Positions 27,923-38,051 of a stretch of 64,000 bases of DNA are shown piece by piece; within the stretch, counting starts at the first letter, position 1, and the number at the start of each line of letters is the position of its first letter. Under the pieces are notes generated by a model that was not told where the DNA came from, made no database searches, and saw only the letters and a program-made list of their open reading frames with translations. The stretch comes from Candidatus Moraniibacteriota bacterium (GTDB taxonomy: Bacteria; Patescibacteriota; Minisyncoccia; Moranbacterales; UBA2206), in assembly GCA_049303795.1 (NCBI GenBank), contig JBAQNM010000004.1, positions 75,690 to 139,689 of the forward strand. The letters run 5' to 3'. A program made the translations under genes and the position numbers.

Positions 27923-28123
27923 ATGCCAAAACTTAAAACTAAAAAAGCATTGTCAAAGAAAATTAAGATAACCAAAAATAAAAAAGTCATTCGTCGCTCA
28001 ACAGGACAAAATCATTATAATTCAAAAGAAGATGGTAAAGTAGGAAGAGCTAAAAAAGGCGACAAACGACTTTTCCGTGCTGATGAAAAAAATGTGCTAG
28101 CTGCTATGCACATCAAAGCCTAA
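27923..28123 (+). CDS. rpmI: 50S ribosomal protein L35
   Basis: MPKLKTKKALSKKIKITKNKKVIRR..., 66 aa, basic. Confidence 0.9.
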   Translation: MPKLKTKKALSKKIKITKNKKVIRRSTGQNHYNSKEDGKVGRAKKGDKRLFRADEKNVLAAMHIKA

Positions 28124-28158
28124 TTTTTGTTAATTTATATCTATATTTGTAAAACTAT

Positions 28159-28503
28159 ATGACCAGAGTAAAACGCGGAGTTGCCGCTTCCAAAAAAAGA
28201 AAGAACCTACTAGAAGATGCTAAAGGCTTCAACTGGAGAAGAAAATCACATTTTAGAGCTGCTAAAGAAGCATTAATTAAAGCCGGATCATACGCCTTTC
28301 GTGATCGTCGTGCCAAAAAACGCGTAATGCGAAAATTATGGATCACCAGACTCAATATTGCCTTGCGAGAAATGGGATTAAAATACAGCCAATTCATCAA
28401 ACTCATGTCAACCAAAAAAATCGAATTGGATCGCAAAGTACTTTCTCAAATGGCAGTGACTGAACCAAAAATATTTGCTAAATTTGTTGAAAAGGTAAAG
28501 TAA
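28159..28503 (+). CDS. rplT: 50S ribosomal protein L20
   Basis: MTRVKRGVAASKKRKNLLEDAKGFNWRRKSHFRAAKEALIKAGSYAFRDRRAKKR. Confidence 0.9.
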   Translation: MTRVKRGVAASKKRKNLLEDAKGFNWRRKSHFRAAKEALIKAGSYAFRDRRAKKRVMRKLWITRLNIALREMGLKYSQFIKLMSTKKIELDRKVLSQMAVTEPKIFAKFVEKVK

Positions 28504-28522
28504 TTACCCTTTCAAACTTAAA

Positions 28523-28560
28523 TAAAAAAAATCCTGAGAATATCGGGATTTTTTTATTTT
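28523..28560. terminator. Bidirectional Rho-independent terminator after rplT
   Basis: A-tract, then atcctga (28531-28537) - gaata - tcgggat (28543-28549) with one G-U wobble, then a T-tract. Confidence 0.55.
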
Positions 28561-28754
28561 TTCTTTAAAAGCACCTCTTTAATTAATCGCTGCATCGCAT
28601 AAAAAGGCAACCACAGCCAAGCTGTTTTCTTAGCCCAATTATTCAAAAAGGCGTTTGTGTCTGCCGTCATCGCCATGTCAAAAACAACATAAATAACAAA
28701 AACTATAAATGCGAAGATTAGAAAGATAAAAGCATAACCATCAAATATATTCAT
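28554..28754 (-). CDS. Hypothetical small membrane protein (66 aa)
   Basis: Single hydrophobic helix (YAFIFLIFAFIVFVIYVVF). No recognisable motif. Confidence 0.3.
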   Translation of the reverse strand: MNIFDGYAFIFLIFAFIVFVIYVVFDMAMTADTNAFLNNWAKKTAWLWLPFYAMQRLIKEVLLKKK

Positions 28755-28883
28755 AAGCTTTAATGTTAATTTATTTGGCCTCGTTTATAACAACTTAGCG
28801 AAAAACCTTTCTTCATGAGACCACCTCTCAATCTTACCACAAAATTAAAAAATTAAAAGGGCTCCACTTTTCAACACAAAAAA

Positions 28884-29159
28884 TTATTTTTGAAATTTTT
28901 TTTGACACTCAATCGCTATTTCTATACACTCCTCAGGATCATAACCAAGATCATCACACCACCTAATTGTGGCAAATATGATATTCCCGAGCTCTTTTTT
29001 CAGTTCTTCGTCAGAATGAGTTTCCCTATCTTTGATTGCATCTCGCTCCCAGCGACAAATATCACCAAAAACTTTTCCCAATCTAACAATAATTTCTGAG
29101 AGATTGCATTTTTTAGGCCAAATTTCACGACCTTGGTTTAATAAATTATTAATTTCCAT
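28884..29159 (-). CDS. MazG-like nucleotide pyrophosphohydrolase domain protein
   Basis: LSEIIVRLGKVFGDICRWER ... EELKKELGNIIFATIRWCDDLGYDPEECIEIA matches the E..LGD..F..IR..LG.D.EE pattern of MazG-like small proteins. Confidence 0.5.
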   Translation of the reverse strand: MEINNLLNQGREIWPKKCNLSEIIVRLGKVFGDICRWERDAIKDRETHSDEELKKELGNIIFATIRWCDDLGYDPEECIEIAIECQKKFQK

Positions 29160-29197
29160 AGATATAAAAATTGTTTATATATGCGAACTTTTTATAA

Positions 29198-29893
29198 TTA
29201 ATTATTACTATTGATTTCATAGACTACATCTTTTTTTTCAACCACAATCCTCCAATTATTTTCCTCGGCAATTTTTTTCAAGTTCAGATTAGGATTAAAA
29301 GCAATCGGATTATCCACAATCTCCAAAAACTTCGCATCCGATTCCGTATCACCTATTCCATAAGAGTCTTCTAGTGTTAATTTATTTTCCGCCGCATATT
29401 GCCTTACTACATGTCCCTTATGTACTGTTGGCGCAAAAGCTTCTTCTCCTGTATAAATTCCGTTATCATCTACTTCATAAACTGAACCAAAAGCGGCATC
29501 AAATTTTAAGTATTTATTATATTCCTCAACTATTTCAATCGGCGATCCAGACACAGCAATAATATGATAACCTTTCTTTCTCAGTTCGGCGATCAACTTA
29601 TTAGCAAAAATATAGGTGCGATCCTTAAAAAATGGAACGACTATCTTACTAGCTTCTATTATCTTATCCCTACTGCAGCCTTTAATATTTTCTGCATAAA
29701 GTGCTACCAGCTCCTTTCGATATTCCTCATAAGTCCCATTATGATCAAGCCATCTAGTATAAGCATGAACCAATTTATTCCTTACTTCTTTTTTAAAAAC
29801 TTTCAACCAAACTAATTCGTTAATCAATTCAAAAGCTAAATTTTTTCGAAATATTGTTCCGTCAATATCAAATACGGCAATTTTATTTTTCAT
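29198..29893 (-). CDS. HAD-superfamily hydrolase (HAD-IB / SerB-like)
   Basis: Motif I VFDIDGTIF and C-terminal GDTESDAKFLE (motif IV). Confidence 0.7.
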   Translation of the reverse strand: MKNKIAVFDIDGTIFRKNLAFELINELVWLKVFKKEVRNKLVHAYTRWLDHNGTYEEYRKELVALYAENIKGCSRDKIIEASKIVVPFFKDRTYIFANKLIAELRKKGYHIIAVSGSPIEIVEEYNKYLKFDAAFGSVYEVDDNGIYTGEEAFAPTVHKGHVVRQYAAENKLTLEDSYGIGDTESDAKFLEIVDNPIAFNPNLNLKKIAEENNWRIVVEKKDVVYEINSNN

Positions 29894-29908
29894 ATTTTTA
29901 ACTTATCT

Positions 29909-30577
29909 TTAAAATCTTAGATATTTTTCCCAATAATTATATAGTTCTTTTGTGGCGATTAAATCTCGCGCGCAATATCTGGCAATTTCTAGATATTTTC
30001 CTGTTTGATATAACTCGCCAACCATTGAGCCGTCAATTCCTTCATCCTTAGAACTCTTGATGCCAAAAAACTTAGCATAAAAATCCAGATTAAATTTCCT
30101 AATTGCTCCATAAAAAGTCAACTGGTCTAAAAGATCGCAATGCTTTTGAGACTCATAACGATAGCCTAATAAGTTCCTAGTTGGACGTACTCCATTTTTA
30201 GCACTACGCAAAATAAGAAACGGCAAATCAAAAGCGCGACCATTAAAGGTAACTATCTGATCATATTTTTCCACAATGCTCCAAAATTTTTCTAGAATTT
30301 CTTTTTCCGTACCACTTTGATAATGAATGTTTCCTTCTTCGAATATTGTCTTCTCGCCTCCGTTATTTTGAAAAAGCATCATACCCTTCATTGTATCTGG
30401 ATTAAGCATGCCAATTGCAACAATCTCGCCAGTCAGCGGATAAAATCCCAGTCTTTTTTTAACATCCTCCTCTTCTTCGGCTGTCTGGGTATATTTTAAT
30501 AAATATTCTTGCGTCTTTTTTTCAAAACTTTCAAAATCAAAACCAACAGTTTCAATATCAATAACTACCTTAGACAT
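29909..30577 (-). CDS. RNase H-fold 3'-5' exonuclease (PolB-exonuclease-like family)
   Basis: VVIDIETVGFDF (exo I), AFDLPFL (exo II) and YCARDLIATKELY (exo III). Confidence 0.6.
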   Translation of the reverse strand: MSKVVIDIETVGFDFESFEKKTQEYLLKYTQTAEEEEDVKKRLGFYPLTGEIVAIGMLNPDTMKGMMLFQNNGGEKTIFEEGNIHYQSGTEKEILEKFWSIVEKYDQIVTFNGRAFDLPFLILRSAKNGVRPTRNLLGYRYESQKHCDLLDQLTFYGAIRKFNLDFYAKFFGIKSSKDEGIDGSMVGELYQTGKYLEIARYCARDLIATKELYNYWEKYLRF

Positions 30578-30591
30578 ACAATTTGAAAAAA

Positions 30592-30765
30592 TTATTTCAT
30601 TCGTAATTTAGCGTATATTCCGTAAACTGCCAAAATCAAAGCAACCAGCATCCATTGTGTTCCGGCTAGTCCAAAAACATCTGTCTTATAGAGAGAATCA
30701 TAACCGGAAATCAACACTGCCAAAACAGAAAGTCCCATTAAGATATCGCTGTATTTTTTTGCCAT
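30592..30765 (-). CDS. Hypothetical small membrane protein (57 aa)
   Basis: Below the ORF-track cutoff. Strong SD AAAGGAGGTG 7 nt upstream of the ATG at 30765. Two hydrophobic segments (MAKKYSDILMGLSVLAVLISGYDSLYKTDVFGLAGTQWMLVALILAVYGIYAKLRMK). Confidence 0.45.
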   Translation of the reverse strand: MAKKYSDILMGLSVLAVLISGYDSLYKTDVFGLAGTQWMLVALILAVYGIYAKLRMK

Positions 30766-30855
30766 ATTAACACCTCCTTTCTGTTTTTATAGTATCATAT
30801 TGGAATAAATTCTCAAAACCTGGAAAAATTGATTTCAGATTGATTATTTCTAATT

Positions 30856-31662
30856 TTATTCAACCACAATCATCGCTTTGCGACCGTTTTTAATATCCTC
30901 GGGTTTCCCAGTAAAATCATGAATAGCGTTGTATAAAATATCGATATTATATTTATATCCTTCCCCTTTTCGCGTGCCAGGATCATTGGTGATTATGATA
31001 TCGCCGTCATATCCAACTAAAACTAAATTGTGATAGAGCGGTCCGGGAGCAGTGAAATTCGGATTGCCCAGTTCTCTGCCGGCCGCTGGAATAATAATCG
31101 GAAAACCACGCGCAAGATATTTTTTCAAAGCTGTTTTATCAAAATCATAAACTACTTTAAGTTTTTTTCCATTGGGAAGCTCGCCATAGAAATCCAAAAA
31201 TAAACCCAGAGTCTGCTCTGCTGTTGTATCTTTATAATCTCCAAATTTTTTATTTTGAAATTTAACTAAAGCTTGAATTTCACGCTCGGCAGTTTCCGGT
31301 GTCAACTTCTCTCCGGAAAAATAATACTCAAGCATAATGATTGAGGCTTCCTCGCAAGCTTCCTCATGAAGCGCGTCCCATTTTTTAAATGGTGCTTGAG
31401 AAGTAAATGGAACTGGAATTAAAATTTTGTTAGGTATTTTTTCCTCTGAAACTAATAAGGTATCGAGTGATTCTTTTTTATTTTCAACCTGTTCCTTAAC
31501 TATGTTTTCTTGAAAAATATTATCTTCTTTTAATTTTTCTTTTGCTTTTTCCAATTTAGGCTCAACTTTATTCTTTTTTGAGTCTGAATTCACAAAAAAG
31601 AGACTGGAAACAACCAAAATGAGACCGGCTAGAAAAAGAGTAATTTTAATATTTTTTGCCAT
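30856..31662 (-). CDS. Membrane-anchored putative C39-like cysteine peptidase domain protein
   Basis: N-terminal TM anchor. HEEACEEASIIMLEYY (candidate Cys nucleophile) and HNLVLVGYDGD (candidate His) are arranged as in the Peptidase_C39-like / YvpB family. Confidence 0.4.
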   Translation of the reverse strand: MAKNIKITLFLAGLILVVSSLFFVNSDSKKNKVEPKLEKAKEKLKEDNIFQENIVKEQVENKKESLDTLLVSEEKIPNKILIPVPFTSQAPFKKWDALHEEACEEASIIMLEYYFSGEKLTPETAEREIQALVKFQNKKFGDYKDTTAEQTLGLFLDFYGELPNGKKLKVVYDFDKTALKKYLARGFPIIIPAAGRELGNPNFTAPGPLYHNLVLVGYDGDIIITNDPGTRKGEGYKYNIDILYNAIHDFTGKPEDIKNGRKAMIVVE

Positions 31663-31712
31663 TTAATAATATTAAAAAAATAAAAGGTTAATTTAATTAT
31701 TCTTAATTAAAA

Positions 31713-32879
31713 TTAATCTCGATATATAATCACTGGGGTGCCAATTTCAGCCCAATCATAAACAGTTTGAGCTGCGCCGACACCAAGACGAACACAACCA
31801 TGAGAAACAGGAATGCCCAAGTGATTAGTGCCCTCCTTATATCCACCTGGCCATTCTGGCAATTCATGAATACCGAATTTTCCATCAGGCACAATTGCCA
31901 TCCAATAAGGCATATAAAGTCCATATGCTTTTGAATAGGCACGAGGAGATTTATTATAAATCTTATGATCACCAATAGGCGTATCCATTCCTCTCTTTCC
32001 CGAAGAAATTAAATTAACATTCAACAGTCTTCCATCTTCAAAAGTAGACATTATTTGTGTACCCAGATTAACATCAATATATTTACCAATGCTTATTTTT
32101 GCCCTTGTGTACTTCTCCGCCTGACTTAGTCGCAGTTGAAAATCTTTTTCCCAAATAACGGGAACCATGGGTTTTGTTTCAAAAGACCCTTCGTAAATAT
32201 TTTGATAGTCAGCGTCATCCGCGTCAACAAGCTTGGCATATATTTTCAAGTCATACTTAATACCATCCTGAATCCTGTCTTTGGGCAATAATTTAAATTG
32301 TGTTTTTTCTAGATTATTTTGATAGACTATGTCACTTTCTGGATTCAACAAAAATTTAATAAAATAGCCTTTGGTAGATTTATTAAAATTAACCACAATT
32401 GGATCTTCCGCTCCAATTACAACATCTTTTGCTTGATTCTCAGGAATAACAGATTCTACTTGAGGAACAACCGCAACTGTAAAATCCAATTGATTTTCAG
32501 CTATTTCTGTAAACATTGCGCTTTTTCCTGATGGAAGATAAATAGTATATTTTTTTCCTGGTTGCCAATTTTTATCCGGCGCGATAACTAACTTTCTTTT
32601 TTCATCATTAAATTTTAGCTGGACTTTTTCTTCTGGCACAACCCTTACGTCATCTGCATAAATAGTTTTCCAAACCGGAACTGAAAAATTTACCACAACC
32701 GACTCTGTTGCCTCAATATTATTTATTTTACCCAAAGCAATATTCACCCTAAACACTTCTCGATAAAACCGCAACCCATAAAAAATTATAAAAGAAAAAG
32801 CGATTGCCGAAAGACTAAATAAAAATAGTTTTCCAAGAATAGAAAAAATCTTGCTCTCTAAGGATAATCCGTTTTGCAT
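31713..32879 (-). CDS. L,D-transpeptidase (YkuD family) with N-terminal anchor and Ig-like domains
   Basis: C-terminal catalytic signature GIHELPEWPGGY...GIPVSHGCVRLGVGAAQTVYDW (His/Cys dyad). Confidence 0.8.
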   Translation of the reverse strand: MQNGLSLESKIFSILGKLFLFSLSAIAFSFIIFYGLRFYREVFRVNIALGKINNIEATESVVVNFSVPVWKTIYADDVRVVPEEKVQLKFNDEKRKLVIAPDKNWQPGKKYTIYLPSGKSAMFTEIAENQLDFTVAVVPQVESVIPENQAKDVVIGAEDPIVVNFNKSTKGYFIKFLLNPESDIVYQNNLEKTQFKLLPKDRIQDGIKYDLKIYAKLVDADDADYQNIYEGSFETKPMVPVIWEKDFQLRLSQAEKYTRAKISIGKYIDVNLGTQIMSTFEDGRLLNVNLISSGKRGMDTPIGDHKIYNKSPRAYSKAYGLYMPYWMAIVPDGKFGIHELPEWPGGYKEGTNHLGIPVSHGCVRLGVGAAQTVYDWAEIGTPVIIYRD

Positions 32880-32882
32880 AGA

Positions 32883-33896
32883 TTAATCATTGTTAAACAT
32901 TATTTTTGCCGTGTCCCAAAGCTCTGGATGATTTTGGGTAGTTTTAAGCCAATACCACCATTCAACACCCCAAAGATAAATTTCAGGAAAACCAACCTGC
33001 CTCGCAAAAGAAACGTTCTCTTGTAATCTATTAGCATTCATTGATTCAAATTGTTTTTCCAATGGTTGATTTGTTGTCCAACCAGCAATCCAGGGCTCTG
33101 CTTGAAGCTCAATCACAATAGCATTTTTTTGCCCAACTAGAAACCTATTCATCCAATATTTAAACTGAAAAAAACGTGGTCCAATCGGATAGGTATAGAA
33201 ACCATATTTACTACTATAAATTGTACGATACATTGTGGTGCCAAAAATGTCTGCTCTTTTTTCTGCTCGCGTCCAGAGACTAAGCTCTCCTGAATCAGTA
33301 ATAATAACCTTGTGTGTCGGATCAGTCGCTCGCACTAAAGCAATTTCTTGATCTAATAGAGAAACGTCCAATTCCGGACATTCACCAAATTTCAAAAATG
33401 GCTCATTTTCAACTTGCCAATATTTAACTGCCGAATTATTTTTATATCTTTCCACCACGATACTTATGAATTTCAATAGTTCTGTCTTTCTCTTTGCATC
33501 ATCAGCTTTAAGATGTTCTGGGATGAAACATTCTGGCCAACGCGGAACCTTTTGTCCAACAACTAAGATGATTTCGGCTTGTCTTTTTTCCGCTTCACTT
33601 AATTGCCAATCTAGATCAGCAAAATCATATTCCCCTTCTTTAGGTGAAACAAAATCCCAATAAACCGGAATTCTGATTTTCTTAATTCCCAAATCATCCA
33701 TTGTAGCTAAATATGCTTCTCGCCAATTAAGACCGATGTCCGTTGCGTAGCGCATTGAAAAAGTCACCCCCAATTTAGCTTCTGTATTTTCGTTCCAAAC
33801 TGGAATATTGAAAAAAATAATTAACACTGTGGCAAGGGAAAATAGTGTTAAAAAAAATTTGAAAACCAGCTTTGCAATCTTTTTTATTTTTTGCAT
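32883..33896 (-). CDS. Membrane-anchored glycoside hydrolase, clan GH-A TIM-barrel (GH5/GH42-like)
   Basis: N-terminal TM. YWQVENEP motif (the NEP catalytic acid/base of clan GH-A) and an aromatic-rich C-terminal half. Confidence 0.45.
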   Translation of the reverse strand: MQKIKKIAKLVFKFFLTLFSLATVLIIFFNIPVWNENTEAKLGVTFSMRYATDIGLNWREAYLATMDDLGIKKIRIPVYWDFVSPKEGEYDFADLDWQLSEAEKRQAEIILVVGQKVPRWPECFIPEHLKADDAKRKTELLKFISIVVERYKNNSAVKYWQVENEPFLKFGECPELDVSLLDQEIALVRATDPTHKVIITDSGELSLWTRAEKRADIFGTTMYRTIYSSKYGFYTYPIGPRFFQFKYWMNRFLVGQKNAIVIELQAEPWIAGWTTNQPLEKQFESMNANRLQENVSFARQVGFPEIYLWGVEWWYWLKTTQNHPELWDTAKIMFNND

Positions 33897-33919
33897 ATTA
33901 TTTTATTTAAATTTTATTT

Positions 33920-34846
33920 TTAAGCACGAGAAACTAAAACAATACCAACGGTAATAATAATAATTGCCAATAATTTCTGCGTAATACTTTTCCAATCTTT
34001 TTTTTCCTCAAATACATTTGGTAGCCACAAAGAAAAAATTATTCCGAGCAAAAAAATAAAAACATATTCGGTTGCTACCATAGCGTTTACAATTGTAACA
34101 CTAGCCAATGGGAGTGATGTGGCTTTCTCTTTGAGAAAACTCCCTGTCCCTCCAGTCGCCTTAGTTAGGGTAAACATAAAGCCTGATGTTTTGTGTTCCT
34201 TTTTCGGTTTTTTGAATTTCACTAACGATCCTAGCAAAATTTTTCTCCAACTAGGCACAATAAAAAAACTTAACACTCCCAAAAAAGCGCCTGCGCGAGT
34301 CCAAATAAAAACATTATAAAAATTGTCATACTGATAGAACCCCTTGAAAAAGACCGCTGAAAAAGCTAATAATACTCCAGCCAAAATTGACCAATAAAAA
34401 CCCTTGAATAATTTTTGCTCACGCGTGTGAGAAAAATCATAGGAAATTGAAAGACCACCAACAATCAATAGAATGAGCCCGATAAGCTCCCTCGCATATA
34501 ACCGCTCTCCTAGAAAAATTAATGCTAAGAAAAATAGCACAATAGGCACCACTGCCCCAACTACCGGTGTCACCCTACTTGCCTCACTTTTATTTATGGC
34601 AAAAAATAACGCTAACATTCCATAGATAAAAATTATTCCGGCGATAAACCTTATAATAGCTTCGACTGGATCAATAGCGTGAAAACCAAATGGAACAAAG
34701 ACAAAAGCAAAAAGACCGAATGTTCCTGAATAGAAAGCATAAACAATTGGATGGGAAACTCTTTTTGAGGATAGAAGAAATTTATCAAGAATAATTTCCA
34801 AAGAGAGCAAAAAATATGCAATTGTAGTAATTGTCAGCCAAGACAT
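33920..34846 (-). CDS. Polytopic membrane protein, probable DMT/EamA-like transporter
   Basis: About 10 predicted TM helices in two halves, 308 aa. Confidence 0.4.
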   Translation of the reverse strand: MSWLTITTIAYFLLSLEIILDKFLLSSKRVSHPIVYAFYSGTFGLFAFVFVPFGFHAIDPVEAIIRFIAGIIFIYGMLALFFAINKSEASRVTPVVGAVVPIVLFFLALIFLGERLYARELIGLILLIVGGLSISYDFSHTREQKLFKGFYWSILAGVLLAFSAVFFKGFYQYDNFYNVFIWTRAGAFLGVLSFFIVPSWRKILLGSLVKFKKPKKEHKTSGFMFTLTKATGGTGSFLKEKATSLPLASVTIVNAMVATEYVFIFLLGIIFSLWLPNVFEEKKDWKSITQKLLAIIIITVGIVLVSRA

Positions 34847-34879
34847 AAAGATTCTTTTATTTTGTATCTTTATTCTACA

Positions 34880-35578
34880 CTAAGAATTCAATTTCTCATA
34901 GTACATAGCAACATCACTAATCCATTTTCGCACTCCAGCTGGATCATGACCGGCACAACTCGATCCGCATTTCCAAATAATCATTTCTTCCGGTGTATCA
35001 ATTTCTTTTTCAATTAAATCTCGAATTCTTTCTCCAACAACAGAAATAGCTTGCTCGGGAGAATCAAAACAGCTATAACCAGAATCAGTTTGATTATACG
35101 TTCCGCGATAACCCCAATAGTTGTAGCAATCCTTATTGGCCTTTTGCGGAGCATGCTTGCCCCAATTACTTTCTTTTTTGGCAATCGCAATTAAAAACGA
35201 GGCTGTTTTTGAGTCACACTTAGAAATATAAGGCAACATTTCCTCAATTGGATGACTAACTACTAAATCATAATATTTACCATTTTTTATTTCCTCATCT
35301 TTCTTTGTTTCTTTTTCCTTTTGTTTATTTTTTCTTTTTTCCATTTCAATTATTTCTAGTCTTTTCTTTATTGGCTCTAAAGGATCAAACTCTCCGAAAT
35401 CGATTGGGTTGTATTTTTCTAAGGTCACCTTGGCTTCCGGCGCTTCTGCCAGAGAAATATTATTGATGCTAAAATGAAATAAAAAAAACAGCCCCACAAT
35501 AATTATGGGCGTTATTTTGGCTAATATATTCAGTTTTTTGCCTATTCTCCCCTTCAAACTCGGCAGATCTTCGCTCAT
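34880..35578 (-). CDS. Membrane-anchored lysozyme-like/transglycosylase-like protein, paralogue 1
   Basis: TM anchor, K/E-rich linker, then IAIAKKESNWGKH...DCYNYWGYRG...CFDSPEQAI...IDTPEEMIIWKCGSSC...VRKWISDV. Collinear with 44301-45350. The AIAxxES motif resembles the SLT catalytic region. Confidence 0.4.
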   Translation of the reverse strand: MSEDLPSLKGRIGKKLNILAKITPIIIVGLFFLFHFSINNISLAEAPEAKVTLEKYNPIDFGEFDPLEPIKKRLEIIEMEKRKNKQKEKETKKDEEIKNGKYYDLVVSHPIEEMLPYISKCDSKTASFLIAIAKKESNWGKHAPQKANKDCYNYWGYRGTYNQTDSGYSCFDSPEQAISVVGERIRDLIEKEIDTPEEMIIWKCGSSCAGHDPAGVRKWISDVAMYYEKLNS

Positions 35579-35721
35579 ATTAGATTATTCCCCTGTTTCC
35601 CCTTTTCTCCCCAATACTGGTTAAAAAGTAACTTTGTAATTCTAGCAAATTATGGGGATGGAGTCAACCATGATTATGCACAAGTAACTATGAACTTAAA
35701 TATTCACCTTATTGATTTCCA

Positions 35722-35757
35722 TTAAAAAAGGCGTTGCGACATTCATCGCAACGCCTT
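35722..35757 (-). terminator. Rho-independent terminator at the left edge of the GC-rich island
   Basis: 10 bp stem ggcgttgcga (35730-35739) paired with tcgcaacgcc (35746-35755). A-tract 35724-35729 is a U-tract on the minus strand. Confidence 0.6.
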
Positions 35758-35794
35758 CGCGTTATCCTAAGCGATCATATTTAGCTCCTCCAAG

Positions 35795-37402
35795 CTAATG
35801 ACCACTGTCCTCTTTTTTATTGTTGATGATCTGATCAACCCAGTGTTTTGGATTTTCTGGATTAACCCAGTATACCTTGTCGTTATCAGCGTTCATAATC
35901 GCAATCTCCGGCTTTCCTCCAGTGCCGAATCGCTCCGGATTATCTTTGTTCAGAGTTACAACCGTTGAAAGCCAAAAGAAAGTAGCTTTTCCATCGATAA
36001 TCTTGATGTATGGCCTATTTTCAACGGCCCGGACTATTTGCCAAGTGTACGCCTTACGGCTGTCTTGAATCTTCTGCGCGACAGCCCCGACCCCGGTATA
36101 ATTCTCCCCATGCATATAATGTTTATACACATAAATAGGACCGATGCCATCTCCCGGATAAAGCATGCTGGCATTTAACCCCTTGGCCGGTTCATAATAC
36201 GGCTCGAAGGAAAAATAACCATACAGCTTTGACTTTTCCGGTTCGTTGGGAAAATTGAAGTAAGTCGTAAATGGCTGTTCATTGGAATCCTCTGATAGAT
36301 CTGAAACCACCACATCACCCATATGATAGAAAGGTGCCGGTCCCCAGAAGCCATTGTCAAACTTGAAACTATCAGCATCGAACCTTTCAACTATTGCTGG
36401 TACGATGCTTTGCCCCTTCAGAAAAGGATGTTTGAAAATGTCTTCCGGCGGAATCCATTTTCCGATACCAAAAACCCAGAGTTTCAGTTTTTGCAAAAAA
36501 CTCAATTGGCTATTATCTGGGATAATTAAAACTCCGCCCTTTTCCGGCCAGGGAAAAATTATTCCATTCCAATGTATAAGCTTGACTACTTCAACCCACC
36601 TCCCTTCGTCATCTTTTGTTAAGAACATTTCAGCCGGCTGATAATTTAAAAAACGCCATAAGCCGAATGTTTTAATCGTGTTGGTAATCACATTTTTTCC
36701 GAGTATCATATGCTGTCCAGTCTCAAAAGCAACCTTAACTTTCGCTTTTCCTTCAAAGCTTGGATAGGCTTCTTCACCGGAAACATTAAACACGGCATAG
36801 GACCTGCTAATGAGCTGGTTAATACCTGGGGGAGGCTCAATGAGCATCGTCCAGTTGTAATCATCCTTACCCACTCGCACAAAAAATGGATCACTGATTT
36901 GAAAACTTTCGTTTGTCTTCGTCTCAGCTTGAGTGAGCATTGATTGGCGTGGCTGGACTCTTTCATGACCAGTCAGCGGCATCTCCTTAAGTTCAACAAT
37001 ATCCAAAGTCTTGTACCGAAAATACAGTGACAAGTATTCATGGACATCGAATCCCTTATAAGCAGAATAGGCATAAAGGCCAGCAATTAAAACCAGCACT
37101 ACCGAAAAACCCAGCCGGGTAAACTTACGGCGAAAAACCAGTCTGAACATCAGGTAGAGCACCATACACAGGAGGCCGATAGTCAGCAATATCCAGAGGT
37201 GATTTCTCGCCCAGATGAGATATGGTTGCCACAGACCCCTAAGACCAAAGATGAACATCAGACTAATTACCACTGAGACCAGAAACGATCTCAAATGGTT
37301 TTTTAATTGGTTTTTGATTCCGCGGTTGATGTTGTGCCATAAATAATATATTTGGCCGTGTTGCTCATTTACCGCGGAAATCTTTTGTTTCGTTTTTTCC
37401 AT
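35795..37402 (-). CDS. Island protein 1: large membrane protein (4 TM + ~400 aa extracytoplasmic aromatic-rich domain)
   Basis: Start assigned to the ATG at 37402, which has a perfect SD GAGGAGG (revcomp of 37408-37416); the longer ORF-track version overlaps the upstream gene. GC is about 45%. Confidence 0.55.
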   Translation of the reverse strand: MEKTKQKISAVNEQHGQIYYLWHNINRGIKNQLKNHLRSFLVSVVISLMFIFGLRGLWQPYLIWARNHLWILLTIGLLCMVLYLMFRLVFRRKFTRLGFSVVLVLIAGLYAYSAYKGFDVHEYLSLYFRYKTLDIVELKEMPLTGHERVQPRQSMLTQAETKTNESFQISDPFFVRVGKDDYNWTMLIEPPPGINQLISRSYAVFNVSGEEAYPSFEGKAKVKVAFETGQHMILGKNVITNTIKTFGLWRFLNYQPAEMFLTKDDEGRWVEVVKLIHWNGIIFPWPEKGGVLIIPDNSQLSFLQKLKLWVFGIGKWIPPEDIFKHPFLKGQSIVPAIVERFDADSFKFDNGFWGPAPFYHMGDVVVSDLSEDSNEQPFTTYFNFPNEPEKSKLYGYFSFEPYYEPAKGLNASMLYPGDGIGPIYVYKHYMHGENYTGVGAVAQKIQDSRKAYTWQIVRAVENRPYIKIIDGKATFFWLSTVVTLNKDNPERFGTGGKPEIAIMNADNDKVYWVNPENPKHWVDQIINNKKEDSGH

Positions 37403-37412
37403 AATTGCCTCC

Positions 37413-38018
37413 TCAGTGCTTTGCTGTATATTTACGAATGAGTTCGTGAGGATCAACGGGTTTTTCTTCGACCACTTCAGGTCTCGCTTCAGCCGTTTCT
37501 GCCACAGACGTTTCAGGCTTTTCCGCTTTTTCTTCTGCTGAATGATTTTTTGCAGGTTTCCACTTTTTGAAAAGCGAGCGGAAACCATCAATCAATTCCT
37601 TGATCCAGTCTATCATGCTGAACTTTACTCGGCCCTCAGAAACATCATCAGCCCATTCGAAAAGATCAGATCTTTTCGTCCAGCGCTGATATGCCCACGG
37701 TGCCAGAGAAAATCCAAGCATAATCATCAGGATTCCGACCGGCAGTCCGAGAAGTTCAAACAGCAGATTGACTGGTGCGTATTTCAAGGAAATTACAGCC
37801 TGCATAATATAAATGATGAAGGCTGCGAGAATCTTCTTGTTGATCGGCCGTTTGTAGATGAAGCCGTCGGCCTTGTCCTCAGAAATTTGATTTTCCTCGG
37901 AATGGCACAGGTTGTGCCACCAGCGGCAAAGTTTTGAACCATACTTCCAGTCTGCAATAAAGGTCAGAATGCCAACCTTAAAAAGTACAATCGCCATAAA
38001 AATTCCATATGCTGTCAT
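37413..38018 (-). CDS. Island protein 2: small membrane protein (201 aa) with acidic C-terminal tail
   Basis: Three or four TM helices. C-terminal EEKAEKPETSVAETAEARPEVVEEKP. Separated from the downstream gene by a 10 bp gap. Confidence 0.5.
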   Translation of the reverse strand: MTAYGIFMAIVLFKVGILTFIADWKYGSKLCRWWHNLCHSEENQISEDKADGFIYKRPINKKILAAFIIYIMQAVISLKYAPVNLLFELLGLPVGILMIMLGFSLAPWAYQRWTKRSDLFEWADDVSEGRVKFSMIDWIKELIDGFRSLFKKWKPAKNHSAEEKAEKPETSVAETAEARPEVVEEKPVDPHELIRKYTAKH

Positions 38019-38051
38019 GTTCTGTCTCCCTGTGTGATATGTTTACATTGT

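Noticed and set aside
36175-36966. Multiple 68-95 aa ORFs on both strands within island gene 1
   Set aside because: The GC-rich coding sequence produces long spurious open frames. All are nested inside the 535 aa ORF.
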